DNA of 36,839 nucleotides, taken from the NCBI GenBank assembly GCA_023415845.1, contig JAEZJB010000140.1, forward strand, positions 1 through 36,839. The letters are read 5' to 3'. Origin of the DNA: Chloroflexota bacterium. GTDB lineage: Bacteria > Chloroflexota > Chloroflexia > Thermomicrobiales > UBA6265. The translations under genes were made by a program, and so were the position numbers. Shown here piece after piece: positions 7,413-16,598 of this stretch (within the stretch, counting starts at the first letter, position 1; the number at the start of each line of letters is the position of its first letter). The notes under the pieces are model-generated. The model was given only the letters and a program-made list of their open reading frames with translations, made no database searches and had not been told where the DNA came from.

Positions 7413-8669
7413 TCAGGCTTGCCGGAACCTGGCCGCTCCCTCGCGGTCGATCGTGTCACGAATTTTCTCGACGGCGGTGACGATGTCGTCCATGTCACCC
7501 TCCTCTCCCAGGAGTACGTTCTGGGGAATCCAGACCACCTCGTCGCAGATCATCTGCGTCGCTGGAAGGTGCTGGTCGCCATACCGCGTTCGTGGGTTGT
7601 CTGCATTCCAGCCCGTGGCCCGCACGTCGAACGTCTGGTTGGCGAAGACTGGTTGCCGATCGAGCGGCAGGACATACCCGCCGCTGCTGGGAATGCCTTC
7701 GGCCTGGAGCAACCGCACGAAGTCGGCGCGCGTCAGGCCATCGAAGGCCGCCGAGTCGACGCGGAAGCTGTAGAGGTGCCGGGCATGGACCGTGGTGCGG
7801 GCGTCGAGTGCCTGCGGCGTAATCCCCTCGATTTCGGCCAGGCCGGCGTCGAGGTAGCGTCCATTGGCATCCCGGCGCGCAAGCTGGGCCGGATACCGCT
7901 CCAGCTGGGCGAGCAGCACCGCCGCGTGAAACTCCGACAGCCGATGGTTCCCGCCCAGCAGGTGATGCTCGAACCACTGCCCGCCTTCCACCCGACCACA
8001 GTTCCGCAGCGACCGGATCGCCTCGGCCAATGCATCGTCCTGCGTCGTGGCGATGCCGCCCTCGCCACCAGTCAGGTTCTTCGAGGCCTGCATCGAGAAG
8101 CACCCGAAGGTGCCCATCGACCCGGCGGGACGCTCCTTCCATTCGGCGCCATGCGCGTGAGCGGCATCCTCGATGATCGCCAGCCCATGACGGTCGGCGA
8201 TCTCCTGCAGCCGATCCATGTCGGCCGGGTGTCCGCCCAGGTGCACCGGAATGATCGCCTTCGTCTGCGGTGTGATCAGGTGCTCCACCACCTCGGGATC
8301 GATGCAGTAGGTGCCCGGATCGATATCGGCAAAGACCGGCAGGGCATTGGCTTCGAGCACGGCGGTTGCGGTGGCGATGAAGGTGTAGGCCGGGACGATC
8401 ACTTCATCGCCCGCCCCGATACCGAGCGCCCGCATCGCCAGGGTGAGCGCGGTCGAGCCGTTCGTCACCGCGACCCCGCGCCGGGCGCGGCTGAGTTCCG
8501 CGAAGCCCTGCTCGAATGCCGTCACGAACGCTCCCCCATCGGGATCCGACCACACGCCGGATTCGAGCACGGTCTTGAGGTTGGCCAGTTCCGGCTCGCC
8601 GGAAATCGGCCACGTGGGGAAGGGGGCAGTGCGAACAGGCGTGCCGTCGAGGGCTGGTCGGTCGGTCAT
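7413..8669 (-). CDS. DegT/DnrJ/EryC1/StrS family PLP-dependent aminotransferase
   Basis: From the ATG at 8669: MTDRPALDGTPVRTAPFPTWP...VAVTNGSTALTLA...VIVPAYTFIATA...IIEDAAHAHGA...FSMQASKNLTGGEGG (the PLP lysine motif). The 121 upstream codons of track ORF 7413..9032 are rejected. Confidence 0.9.
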   Translation of the reverse strand: MTDRPALDGTPVRTAPFPTWPISGEPELANLKTVLESGVWSDPDGGAFVTAFEQGFAELSRARRGVAVTNGSTALTLAMRALGIGAGDEVIVPAYTFIATATAVLEANALPVFADIDPGTYCIDPEVVEHLITPQTKAIIPVHLGGHPADMDRLQEIADRHGLAIIEDAAHAHGAEWKERPAGSMGTFGCFSMQASKNLTGGEGGIATTQDDALAEAIRSLRNCGRVEGGQWFEHHLLGGNHRLSEFHAAVLLAQLERYPAQLARRDANGRYLDAGLAEIEGITPQALDARTTVHARHLYSFRVDSAAFDGLTRADFVRLLQAEGIPSSGGYVLPLDRQPVFANQTFDVRATGWNADNPRTRYGDQHLPATQMICDEVVWIPQNVLLGEEGDMDDIVTAVEKIRDTIDREGAARFRQA

Positions 8670-8814
8670 CGGCGGTGTGCTCCGGAAACGAAGGCTGGTC
8701 AATCGGGTCCCTGGTCTTTCCCGGCCATCTTCGCCGAAGTTGCCGATTTTGGGGACGATTCGTCGTTGCCGTTCCGGAGCCAGCCTGTCTCTTGCTCGCC
8801 GCCAGCCAGACCGG

Positions 8815-9510
8815 TCACGGGCGCTGCCGGATTTCACCTGCTCCGGCTCGTGGTGCCTGGCCCGACCGCACGATGCCTTCAGTGTGGGCAAATACGATCG
8901 CCGCGGCCCGGTCCCGAAGGCCCAGCTTGGCAAGCACATTGCCGAGGTGCGTTTTGACCGTCGCTTCGGAAATGAAAAGGTTGGCGGCGATTTCCGAGTT
9001 CGTCGCGCCGGTGGCCAGTTCAAGGAGGACATCTCGTTCGCGCTCGCTGAGCATGTCCAGGTGCTGCCTGGCCGGATGTGCGGTGCCCTGCAATCGTCGA
9101 AACGTCATCAGTACGCGTCCCGCCACCTGTGGGTCGAGCCACGCGCCACCCTGGGCCACGCTTCGTACCGCCCGCACGATGTCTTCGCCCGGCGCATCCT
9201 TCAGGATGAAACCGGCCGCTCCGGCACCCAGCGCCCCCGCCACCGTGTCGTCATCGTCGAAGGTGGTCAGGATCAACACCGGTGGCGCCGCTTTCTCGTC
9301 CGCCAGCAGGCGCGTAGCGGTTGCGCCACCCATTCGCCGCATTCGCACGTCCATCACCACCACATCGGGATGATAGGTCGCGACAGCAGCCAGGACTTCG
9401 TCTCCATCGCTGCATTCCGCCACGATCGTGAGATCCGGTTCGGGGCTGAGGATCAGGCGCAGCCCGGCCCGAACCAGTGGTTGGTCGTCGACGAGCAGGA
9501 TCCGGATCAT
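8815..9510 (-). CDS. Response regulator, NarL/FixJ (LuxR-type HTH) family
   Basis: MIRILLVDDQPLVRAGL...DVVVMDVRM is the receiver domain. A C-terminal LSERERDVLLELATGATNSEIAANLFISEATVKTHLGNVLAKLG HTH follows. The start ATG overlaps the kinase stop in an ATGA at 9507-9510. Confidence 0.93.
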   Translation of the reverse strand: MIRILLVDDQPLVRAGLRLILSPEPDLTIVAECSDGDEVLAAVATYHPDVVVMDVRMRRMGGATATRLLADEKAAPPVLILTTFDDDDTVAGALGAGAAGFILKDAPGEDIVRAVRSVAQGGAWLDPQVAGRVLMTFRRLQGTAHPARQHLDMLSERERDVLLELATGATNSEIAANLFISEATVKTHLGNVLAKLGLRDRAAAIVFAHTEGIVRSGQAPRAGAGEIRQRP

Positions 9511-10766
9511 TGCGTGACTCCGGCCGGAACGACCGCCCGGACAACCCAGTGATCCCCTCGCAACCCGGTTTCCAGTGAGCCTCTGGCAGCGGCAATTCGT
9601 TCCTGCATCCCGATCAGGCCACTGCCCCGGCCGTGTCGCGTCGTCGGAACCGCAGCGTTGGTTACCTCGAGCGCGATGCCTTCCGGTGTGGCCCGCAGGT
9701 CCACCCTGGCCGGACCGATGCCGTGCCGTGCGGCATTGGTGAGCGCTTCCTGCAGTACACGATAGAGCGCGAGTCCGCATGATGGAGAGGTGCCGAGATC
9801 CGATGACTCCATTGCAAGGACCACGGGCAATCCGGCCGCCCTGTACCCGGTAACGAGTGACTCGACGCTCTCCAGGCCGGGCTGGGCCGTGGACGAGGGG
9901 TCTGCCTGGTCGTCCCGGAGCAGCCGCACGATCCCTCGGATGTCGGTCAGGCATCCCCGTCCCTGTCGCTCGGCTTCTTCGAGTGTGGCGACTGCGACCT
10001 CCGGTTGTCCGCGAACCACCGCCATGCGGGCCGCCGTGATGTGCAGCATGGTCACCGCCAGCGTGTGCGCCACTACGTCGTGAACGTCACGGGCGATCTG
10101 TCGCCGATCTTCAAGCGCTTCCTGCCGGACGAGATCGGCCTGGGCCGCCGCAATGAGGGCGTTCGCCTGGTATCCGAGACGGCTCGCATAGCCAGCAACC
10201 AGGGCCAGGGCAAACCCCACCTGCCAGGTGATGACGGCCGTCAACGCCGCCCGGCTGTCGGTCAGCCACGCCGCGACCAGCGGTCCGCCGAAGGCGAGGT
10301 AGCTGCTCCCGATCACCCACAGCGTGGTGGAGAGTGGAATCGCGGCCAGGGTGATGATCGAGAGCAGGAGGGGCGGCAGGGCCAGCAGCGGATACGCGGC
10401 CTCGCTGTGCAGACTGAGGGCGGGAGTGAACCACTGGCCAACGCCAAGTAGGCCAATTGGTCCCAATGCCACCACGACGAACGCTGGCGACGGTCCCTCG
10501 TCACCCCTCACCAGCCATCGCAGCCAGGGAAGCATCGCCACTGCCAGCAGGAGCAACGCGAGAATGGCGGGTGAATGGTCCCGGTCGGGGGCCAGCATGG
10601 CCACCGCACCTCCCAGCAGCAGCGATCCCAGGGCCATCAGCGGTACGCCGCGATCGATCGCCGTTAGCTGGGTGGAAACGCCCGCGGTCCGCAGGTCGGT
10701 CGTCCAGTCGCAGGCGAAGGGTGCCTGGTCGTGGTGGGTGAGAGATGAGTCGTGGGTGCTGGCCAT
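9507..10766 (-). CDS. Membrane sensor histidine kinase (HisKA_3/NarX-LiaS-DesK type)
   Basis: The N-terminal half is multi-pass and hydrophobic. It is followed by the H-box IARDVHDVVAHTLAV and an ATPase region (NAARH...GSGLIGMQER). The chosen start is the ATG at 10766 (MASTHD...), which is less certain than the family call. Confidence 0.85.
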   Translation of the reverse strand: MASTHDSSLTHHDQAPFACDWTTDLRTAGVSTQLTAIDRGVPLMALGSLLLGGAVAMLAPDRDHSPAILALLLLAVAMLPWLRWLVRGDEGPSPAFVVVALGPIGLLGVGQWFTPALSLHSEAAYPLLALPPLLLSIITLAAIPLSTTLWVIGSSYLAFGGPLVAAWLTDSRAALTAVITWQVGFALALVAGYASRLGYQANALIAAAQADLVRQEALEDRRQIARDVHDVVAHTLAVTMLHITAARMAVVRGQPEVAVATLEEAERQGRGCLTDIRGIVRLLRDDQADPSSTAQPGLESVESLVTGYRAAGLPVVLAMESSDLGTSPSCGLALYRVLQEALTNAARHGIGPARVDLRATPEGIALEVTNAAVPTTRHGRGSGLIGMQERIAAARGSLETGLRGDHWVVRAVVPAGVTQ

Positions 10767-10818
10767 GAGGGGGAAACTCCTGGAGCGTTGATTGCGGTGA
10801 CTCCAGAGTACAGGAGGG

Positions 10819-11361
10819 TCATCTGCCGGTGGTATCCCGCCAGTCGATCGAGCGCATGGCGGTGGTGGGTTGCCGGATGACCTGCAACAGCGGTACCCCA
10901 AGACCATAGGTAGAGATGCGGCGGCCGGGCGTGATGCTGACGAACCGGTTGGTCGGATCTTCAAGGTCGATGCCGGTCAGGATTTTCTTCAACGCCCCGG
11001 TCGCCACGAGGCGGGTGATCTCCGGATCGGTCGAATCAAGGAGGGTAGCCGTGGCCTGGAACTGGATGGCGAATGGCGGGAAGAATGGCACCTTCCGGAT
11101 CGGTACGCACACGGCCACCCTCGGGTTGTCGGCGATATTTCGCGCCTTGACCGAGTCGTCGTGGATGGTGAGGTAGAGATCGTTGCCCACCAGGGCATAC
11201 AGCACGCCGGCCACATGCGGACGCTGGGCTCCGGAGCTGGTCGCCAGGGTGCAGAACGAATGACGAGCGAGTTCGCGGCGGACGATCGATCGCTGCCGAC
11301 CTTCGTCGAATCCGGTCGCCGCCGGAAGCTCGGTGGCAGGGGAGAGGCTGGCGCTGGACAT
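10819..11361 (-). CDS. Pyridoxamine 5'-phosphate oxidase-like (FMN/F420-binding split-barrel) family protein
   Basis: Split-barrel-like segments are present: CTLATSSGAQRPHVAGVLYALVGNDLYLTIHDDSVKARNIADNPRVAV. AAGGAG Shine-Dalgarno lies 7 nt upstream. Confidence 0.7.
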   Translation of the reverse strand: MSSASLSPATELPAATGFDEGRQRSIVRRELARHSFCTLATSSGAQRPHVAGVLYALVGNDLYLTIHDDSVKARNIADNPRVAVCVPIRKVPFFPPFAIQFQATATLLDSTDPEITRLVATGALKKILTGIDLEDPTNRFVSITPGRRISTYGLGVPLLQVIRQPTTAMRSIDWRDTTGR

Positions 11362-11402
11362 GGGGGGCTCCTTGCAGGGTTAACTGGGTGAGGGAAAGAG
11401 GG

Positions 11403-11939
11403 TCAGGCGCGGATGGCGGCGACGGTGGCGATACCCACCGCGACCGCGCTCGCGACCGAGGCAGCAGTGCGAATCAGGTGCAGGCGATTCCAGGGGGCTT
11501 CGAACGCCCGGCGCGCGGTGGAGGCCTGCGAACCGGTGACGTCGCCAGCCCGGTCCAGCGCATCGTTCAGCGGGATGTTTCCCCGGCCGGTGATGACCAC
11601 GTTGGCGATCTGGAGGATGCAGGCCGCGCCGAGCCACGTGGCCACCGCGCGGTCCTCGCGCCACCAGCTGGCGGTCGCGACACCGAGCAGCACCGGGGCA
11701 CCGATGAAGACGGAGATAAAGGCCGGATTGATGATCGCGCGGTTGATCTGCTGGAACGTCGCGACGAAGGCATCGTCGTTGACTGACTTCAGGCCCGGCA
11801 TGATCGCGACCTGGAATGCCGCGAAGATGCCGGCACTGAGTCCAGTCGCGACTCCGGCAGCGGCCAGAACGGTGGTTGGCCAGAAGCCGGGAGCGTCCGG
11901 CGTGGTGATCTGGAGCGCGGCAAGCTGGGGGAGTGACAT
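11403..11939 (-). CDS. DUF1772 (anthrone-oxygenase-like) integral membrane protein
   Basis: Four hydrophobic segments with the characteristic N.P.N..L motif region (RGNIPLNDALD) and WNRLHLIRT. The ATG at 11939 is preferred over the GTG at 11951 because of the upstream AGGAGG. Confidence 0.7.
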   Translation of the reverse strand: MSLPQLAALQITTPDAPGFWPTTVLAAAGVATGLSAGIFAAFQVAIMPGLKSVNDDAFVATFQQINRAIINPAFISVFIGAPVLLGVATASWWREDRAVATWLGAACILQIANVVITGRGNIPLNDALDRAGDVTGSQASTARRAFEAPWNRLHLIRTAASVASAVAVGIATVAAIRA

Positions 11940-12088
11940 GGGTGAAGGCACCTCCTGTGGGGCTGGATCAAGGTGTCTTCAGTGTGTCGCGCTGGCGTGG
12001 CCAGGGCATCAGACCCGAGGATGAATCACCATCCGCCCACGGGATGAGGTGAGAGGATCCCGTGGGTGGGTGGCGTCGTGAGCAGGCT

Positions 12089-12415
12089 TCAGGCAGCTTT
12101 GCACCAGGGCCGTTCCCGATCCTTGCTGATCACGGCCGGGAGGGCATGAACCTCGGCCGGGGTGGTGGCTGGGGACGTGATCTGCATCGAGCCAACGGTG
12201 CCGGATCGGAGGTCGGCCGCACGTACCTGCTGGAGGGCGTACCCGCGCGGATCGACGAATTCACGAACGGCATCCGCCAGGCGGCCGATCAGGCCCCGGG
12301 TTCCATTCCAGCGGGCCACGTCTCTGGCAAGCATCTGCTGGTGAAACGCCTGCTGCTCCTTGCTGCGCTCGAACTGGCGAACGGTGATGTCGAGGTCACT
12401 CATGATCGGATGCAT
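12089..12415 (-). CDS. Hypothetical 108-aa protein (no family recognised)
   Basis: MHPIMSDLDITVRQFERSKEQQAFHQQ... is preceded by AAGGAG with a 7-nt spacer. It is divergent from the MocR regulator and heads the DUF1772/PNPOx-like gene string. Confidence 0.5.
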   Translation of the reverse strand: MHPIMSDLDITVRQFERSKEQQAFHQQMLARDVARWNGTRGLIGRLADAVREFVDPRGYALQQVRAADLRSGTVGSMQITSPATTPAEVHALPAVISKDRERPWCKAA

Positions 12416-12718
12416 GGTGTGCTCCTTTGCGTCCTTCCCGACGCGTGTCTCGTTTGGTCTGCTACGATCATGCCCGCAGAAGTGGCCCCGAGCCATTGCC
12501 AATTCGTGCGAGTTTCGTCAGCCACTTTGCGCTGTTTCAGGGACGACCAATTCCTGCCGGATGCGACCTCGCGCTTCCGGAAATCGTTCTGCCCGAGCGG
12601 CAGATCGCTCGTTGGCTGGCTTGCAGGTAGGACGTGCCAACGGGGTGGATGTGAGATATCGCGCATAAGCTGTGCGCAACCCGGTTCGGTGAATTGTTGG
12701 AGAAAGGGATGTGGTGCG

Positions 12719-14188
12719 ATGGACCTTATGATTCCAGTCGACCGTTCACGGAAGGTGCCGCTGGTCGACCAGCTCTCCGAGGGCATCCGGGCGGCAATCG
12801 CGACCGGCACGCTTGCCGCCGGCACCCGCTTGCCATCCACCCGGGAACTGGCACGCCAGCTTGGACTCACCCGGTTCACGGTCGATGATGCCTACTCACG
12901 CCTCGTCGCCGAGGGATACCTCGAGTCGCGTCATGGCTCGGGGACGTTCGTTGCCGAGCGGGTACGACTCCCGCAGGCCACGTCGCCCGGCGATGCGGTG
13001 GTGGTCCCGGATGTACGCCTCTCGGCCTGGGCCCGGCGACTGCCCAGCCAGATCGAGCCCGATCTGCCGCCAACCGGGGTCGAGTTCAACTTCGAGGGCG
13101 GAGTTCCGGCCTTCGAGTTGCTCCCCCTCACCACCTGGCACCGGCTGATCGCCCGTGAGGCCCGGCGGCAGGATCTCGCTCAGTACATGTACGGCGAAAC
13201 CGCCGGCCTGCCCGAACTGCAGGAGGAGATTGCCGCCTGGGTGAGTCGGTCCCGGGGTGTAACCTGCGGGCCAGACCAGGTGATCGTCACGAGCGGGGCC
13301 CAGCAATCGATGGATCTGGTGGCCCGGCTCACCCTCGATCCTGGGACCGCCGCCGTGGTGGAAGACCCCTGCTATCGCTGGGTGCGCACCATTACCGGCG
13401 TGACCGGGGCCACAGTGCATCCGGTGCCGGTAGATGGTGACGGACTCCAGGTGGACCTCCTGCCGGGGGCCGATGCCAACCCCCGCCTGGTCTGCGTCAC
13501 GCCCTCACACCAGTATCCGACCGGTGGGGTACTGCCCCTTGCTCGGCGCCTCGACCTCCTGGAGTGGGCGCGTGCGGTCAACGCGCTTATCCTCGAGGAC
13601 GACTACGATGGCGAGTTGCGCTACGGTTCGCGGCCGCTCCCGGCGCTGGCCGCGCTGGCCAATGCCCCGGGTGGACTGGCCAATGTCATCTACATGGGAT
13701 CGTTCTCCAAGGTGCTTTATCCTGCCTTGCGTCTTGGATATCTGGTCGTGCCGCGACGGCTGGTCGATGTCTTCGTGGCGGCCAAGGCCACGGCCGACCG
13801 CCATGCTCCCACCCTCACCCAGGCGATCGTGGCGGCATTCATCCGTGAAGGGCATTTCGAGCGGCACCTCCTCCGGATGCGCCGCGCCTACGCCAGCCGG
13901 CACGACGCGCTGGTCGGGGCCATCGAGCAGTACCTCGCCGGGATTGCCTACCGGGACTATGCGACCACGTCGGCTGGACTGCACCTGATGGTCCGGATCG
14001 ACCGCGATGTCCCTGAAGCAGATCTGGTGGCCGGGGCCCGGGCCGCCGGGATCGCGGTGGAGGGCGCGAACAGGTGCTTCTTCACGCCGCCCGCCCAACC
14101 GCACATCTTTCTCGGCTACGCCCAGATGCCCGAATCGCGCCTGCGCGAGGGCGTGGCTCGCCTGGCGCAGGTCATCCGGGAGCTGTGA
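12719..14188 (+). CDS. MocR/GabR-type transcriptional regulator (GntR wHTH fused to an aminotransferase-like PLP domain)
   Basis: From the ATG at 12719: MDLMIPVDRSRKVPLVDQLSEGIRAAIATGTLAAGTRLPSTRELARQLGLTRFTVDDAYSRLVAEGYLESRHGSGTFV (GntR HTH). A fold-type-I aminotransferase-like domain follows, with YMGSFSKVLYPALRLGY (the PLP lysine). The 219 upstream codons of the track ORF are rejected. Confidence 0.92.
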   Translation: MDLMIPVDRSRKVPLVDQLSEGIRAAIATGTLAAGTRLPSTRELARQLGLTRFTVDDAYSRLVAEGYLESRHGSGTFVAERVRLPQATSPGDAVVVPDVRLSAWARRLPSQIEPDLPPTGVEFNFEGGVPAFELLPLTTWHRLIAREARRQDLAQYMYGETAGLPELQEEIAAWVSRSRGVTCGPDQVIVTSGAQQSMDLVARLTLDPGTAAVVEDPCYRWVRTITGVTGATVHPVPVDGDGLQVDLLPGADANPRLVCVTPSHQYPTGGVLPLARRLDLLEWARAVNALILEDDYDGELRYGSRPLPALAALANAPGGLANVIYMGSFSKVLYPALRLGYLVVPRRLVDVFVAAKATADRHAPTLTQAIVAAFIREGHFERHLLRMRRAYASRHDALVGAIEQYLAGIAYRDYATTSAGLHLMVRIDRDVPEADLVAGARAAGIAVEGANRCFFTPPAQPHIFLGYAQMPESRLREGVARLAQVIREL

Positions 14189-14192
14189 ACGA

Positions 14193-15449
14193 TCAGGAAG
14201 CCAGGATGCTGGCAATCGCCTCGTCCATCAGCGGCTCGACCTCCGGAGCGAACGGTCCGGGCAGGAGGAAGTACGGAGCAGCCTCCCCTGCTTCGTAACC
14301 ACCCTCGACCAGGATGCGGCTGGTCGGTATGTAGCCGGTCATGCCATTCGCGTACCCCAGCGGCAGCACTGCGCCCTGGCTCAGTTCCCGGATCCGGAGA
14401 CCGTAGTCCGCGACGATTTCACCGTTCATGGCGAGCAGTCTGCAGCTCGGGCCGAGATCGAGTCGCTGGAGTTCGAGCGGAATGGACGGCGTGTTCCACT
14501 CGGGATGAGCGAGCAGGGCACGCGCCAGTTCACCCTCCACGCCTTCCGCCAGCGCCTGGTGTCGCAGCGTCTCGTCGGTGGGGATGGCGGCAAAGGGCAG
14601 CTCGACTGTCAGTAATCGGGCGGAGAGCGAGATATCGGAGATGGGCTCGCCTCCATCGCTGGCCAGCAGGCGTTCTACCTCGCTCGCCAGCCGGTCGCCA
14701 GTGGCCACGACCTCGGCATCGCCTCCGCGCAGGGACTCCCGTCCGCTGGCGGCAACCGGGTTGATGTCGCCACAGCATCCCTGCAGGAAACTGGCGGTCA
14801 CCCCGAGGTGCGTCTCCAGGCGATCCATCGCCACTCCGCAAAACTCCGCCGAGACCAGAGGCTCCTGGGTGATCACCGGATGACAGGCGAAGTGAACCCA
14901 CAGGGCGGCAGGCGTTCCGTCGGTCCGGTCGAAACACAATACGGTCAGGCATGGATCGGTTGGGCCCGCCGGGTTACGCGCATATCGGCGATTGAAACCG
15001 ATCTCGCAGGTGCCCGTGAACCGCCGGAGGGTGACGGGTTCCAGCGCAGCCATGGCCCTGGCAGTCGCGGACACGACGCGCTCCCGCAGCAGAGTGGTGT
15101 AGTCGGGGTCGAGCACCCCAATCTCGCGGGAGGCGCGTATGGCCGTTTGCGGGGCCGAATGCGTATGCGTGGCGGAGAGCAGCACGTAATCCGGCGATGT
15201 TTCGGCAATCGTGGCGATCTCGGTCCGCAGGCTCGATGCATCCTGCTGGCCCCACCAGAGGAGGTCGGCCGCAACCACTACCACCCGGCGCCGTACACCA
15301 ACCTGGTCTGACTCCAGCACCGAGACGCGCGCCCGCAACGGCTGTGAGACGCCCCGGGAGGGTTCGGTGCGAGCGGCGAATCCAGCGAGCGTGAGCGGCC
15401 AGTTCGGCGTAATGTCGGCCATGGCCGAGCCAAGGGAGAGGGTGGTCAT
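14193..15449 (-). CDS. Neutral/alkaline non-lysosomal ceramidase N-terminal-domain-like hydrolase (cytoplasmic)
   Basis: From the ATG at 15449: MTTLSLGSAMADITPNWPLTLAGFA...LSATHTHSAPQ...HFACHPV...CCGDINP. This matches the ceramidase-N family pattern (DITP, THTHS.P). No signal peptide is present. The alternative start at 15422 cannot be excluded. Confidence 0.6.
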   Translation of the reverse strand: MTTLSLGSAMADITPNWPLTLAGFAARTEPSRGVSQPLRARVSVLESDQVGVRRRVVVVAADLLWWGQQDASSLRTEIATIAETSPDYVLLSATHTHSAPQTAIRASREIGVLDPDYTTLLRERVVSATARAMAALEPVTLRRFTGTCEIGFNRRYARNPAGPTDPCLTVLCFDRTDGTPAALWVHFACHPVITQEPLVSAEFCGVAMDRLETHLGVTASFLQGCCGDINPVAASGRESLRGGDAEVVATGDRLASEVERLLASDGGEPISDISLSARLLTVELPFAAIPTDETLRHQALAEGVEGELARALLAHPEWNTPSIPLELQRLDLGPSCRLLAMNGEIVADYGLRIRELSQGAVLPLGYANGMTGYIPTSRILVEGGYEAGEAAPYFLLPGPFAPEVEPLMDEAIASILAS

Positions 15450-15468
15450 CTTGAGGTCCGCCTGCAGG

Positions 15469-16518
15469 TCACGAGAATCGGTGGCTGGAGATGCCAGGCT
15501 CTTCCGGGAGTGGGTAAGCACCATCGACAAGGGAGATTGGGCTCTTGTCTGGCAGGAGGCCGCTTTCCATGTAGAGCGTGTTGGGCAGGGCGGCGAGCAG
15601 GTGGAGATGCGCTCCGCCGCCATGCGAGGCGTAGGGAATGTTGAACCCGTGGGCCATGATGCCGATCTCCAGGCACTCGGTCAGGCCACCGGCCCGCCGG
15701 AGGTCGGGCTGGATCACACCAACCCCGCCCTGGGTCAAAAGTTCTCGAAACTGCGCGATTCCGTAACGATTCTCGCCAGTTGCGATGGGGATACGTAATC
15801 GCTGACTAAGGGTGAGGTGACCGGCGATGTCGTCGGCGCGGATTGGCTCCTCGAACCACGTACAGCCCAGTTCCTGGTAGACCTCCCCGCGCCGGAGCGC
15901 CTCGCTCACCGAGAGCGCCTGGTTGGCGTCGACCATCAGTGGTGCATCCGCGCCGATCGCCGTTCGCACCACCTCGATCCGGCGCACGTCTTCGGCGAGC
16001 GTCGGGCAGCCAACTTTCATCTTCACCCCGGCGAAGCCCTGCTCCATTGCCTTGCTGCAGACTGCGGCCAGGCCCGCTTCGTCCAGTTCCAGCCATCCCA
16101 CCATCGCGTAGGCGGGCACCCGGGTCCTCTGCGCCCCGAGCAGGCGCCAGACTGGTTGCTGGAGGGCATGTCCCATCAGATCCCATAGGGCAAGGTCGAT
16201 GGCGGCGATCCCGAACAGGGCGAATCCGGCCGTCCCGTGGTAGTCGGTCAGTTTCCAGAGCCGGTCCCGAATTCCGCGAATCAGGAACGGGTCCGTGCCG
16301 ATGATTTCCGGCGCCAGCTCCTGTTCGATCAGGGATGCCAGCAGCGACGGGCTGGCCGCAACCCGTCCAAAGTAGGTCTCGCTGCTGCCGGACACGCCCT
16401 CGTCGGTGTGGATCGTGATCCGGGTTGAGCCGTTGCGATCGAGCAACTGGATGGCGTCGCGAACCGGATGTGGCTTGGGTGCCGACTGGTAGCTGACGTC
16501 GATGCCGGTGATCTTCAT
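15469..16518 (-). CDS. Enolase-superfamily enzyme (mandelate racemase/muconate lactonizing family), paralog 2
   Basis: MKITGIDVSY...HTDEGVSGSSE is the capping domain. A KxK motif (GVKMKVG) and the metal-ligand-like motifs MVDAN, WFEEP and TGEN are present. GAGGGGGA Shine-Dalgarno lies upstream of the ATG at 16518. Confidence 0.88.
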   Translation of the reverse strand: MKITGIDVSYQSAPKPHPVRDAIQLLDRNGSTRITIHTDEGVSGSSETYFGRVAASPSLLASLIEQELAPEIIGTDPFLIRGIRDRLWKLTDYHGTAGFALFGIAAIDLALWDLMGHALQQPVWRLLGAQRTRVPAYAMVGWLELDEAGLAAVCSKAMEQGFAGVKMKVGCPTLAEDVRRIEVVRTAIGADAPLMVDANQALSVSEALRRGEVYQELGCTWFEEPIRADDIAGHLTLSQRLRIPIATGENRYGIAQFRELLTQGGVGVIQPDLRRAGGLTECLEIGIMAHGFNIPYASHGGGAHLHLLAALPNTLYMESGLLPDKSPISLVDGAYPLPEEPGISSHRFS

Positions 16519-16598
16519 GCGCGGTCCCCCTCGGTACGTGGTACGTGGTTCGTGACCGGCATCATCCGGGGGATTCATCGTTGTGTCGACCGCTCTGG

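Noticed and set aside
7419-8957. 512-aa plus-strand ORF
   Set aside because: It is antisense to the well-supported DegT aminotransferase. The translation is Arg/Gly/Pro/His-rich with no family motif and no Shine-Dalgarno. This is a typical shadow ORF of high-GC DNA.
14186-14195. Convergent stop codons only 4 nt apart (mocR TGA at 14186-14188, ceramidase-like TGA complement at 14193-14195) with no terminator hairpin
   Set aside because: This is real in the sequence, but tight convergent gene ends are common in compact genomes. By itself it does not indicate a special mechanism, and it is noted within the operon finding only.
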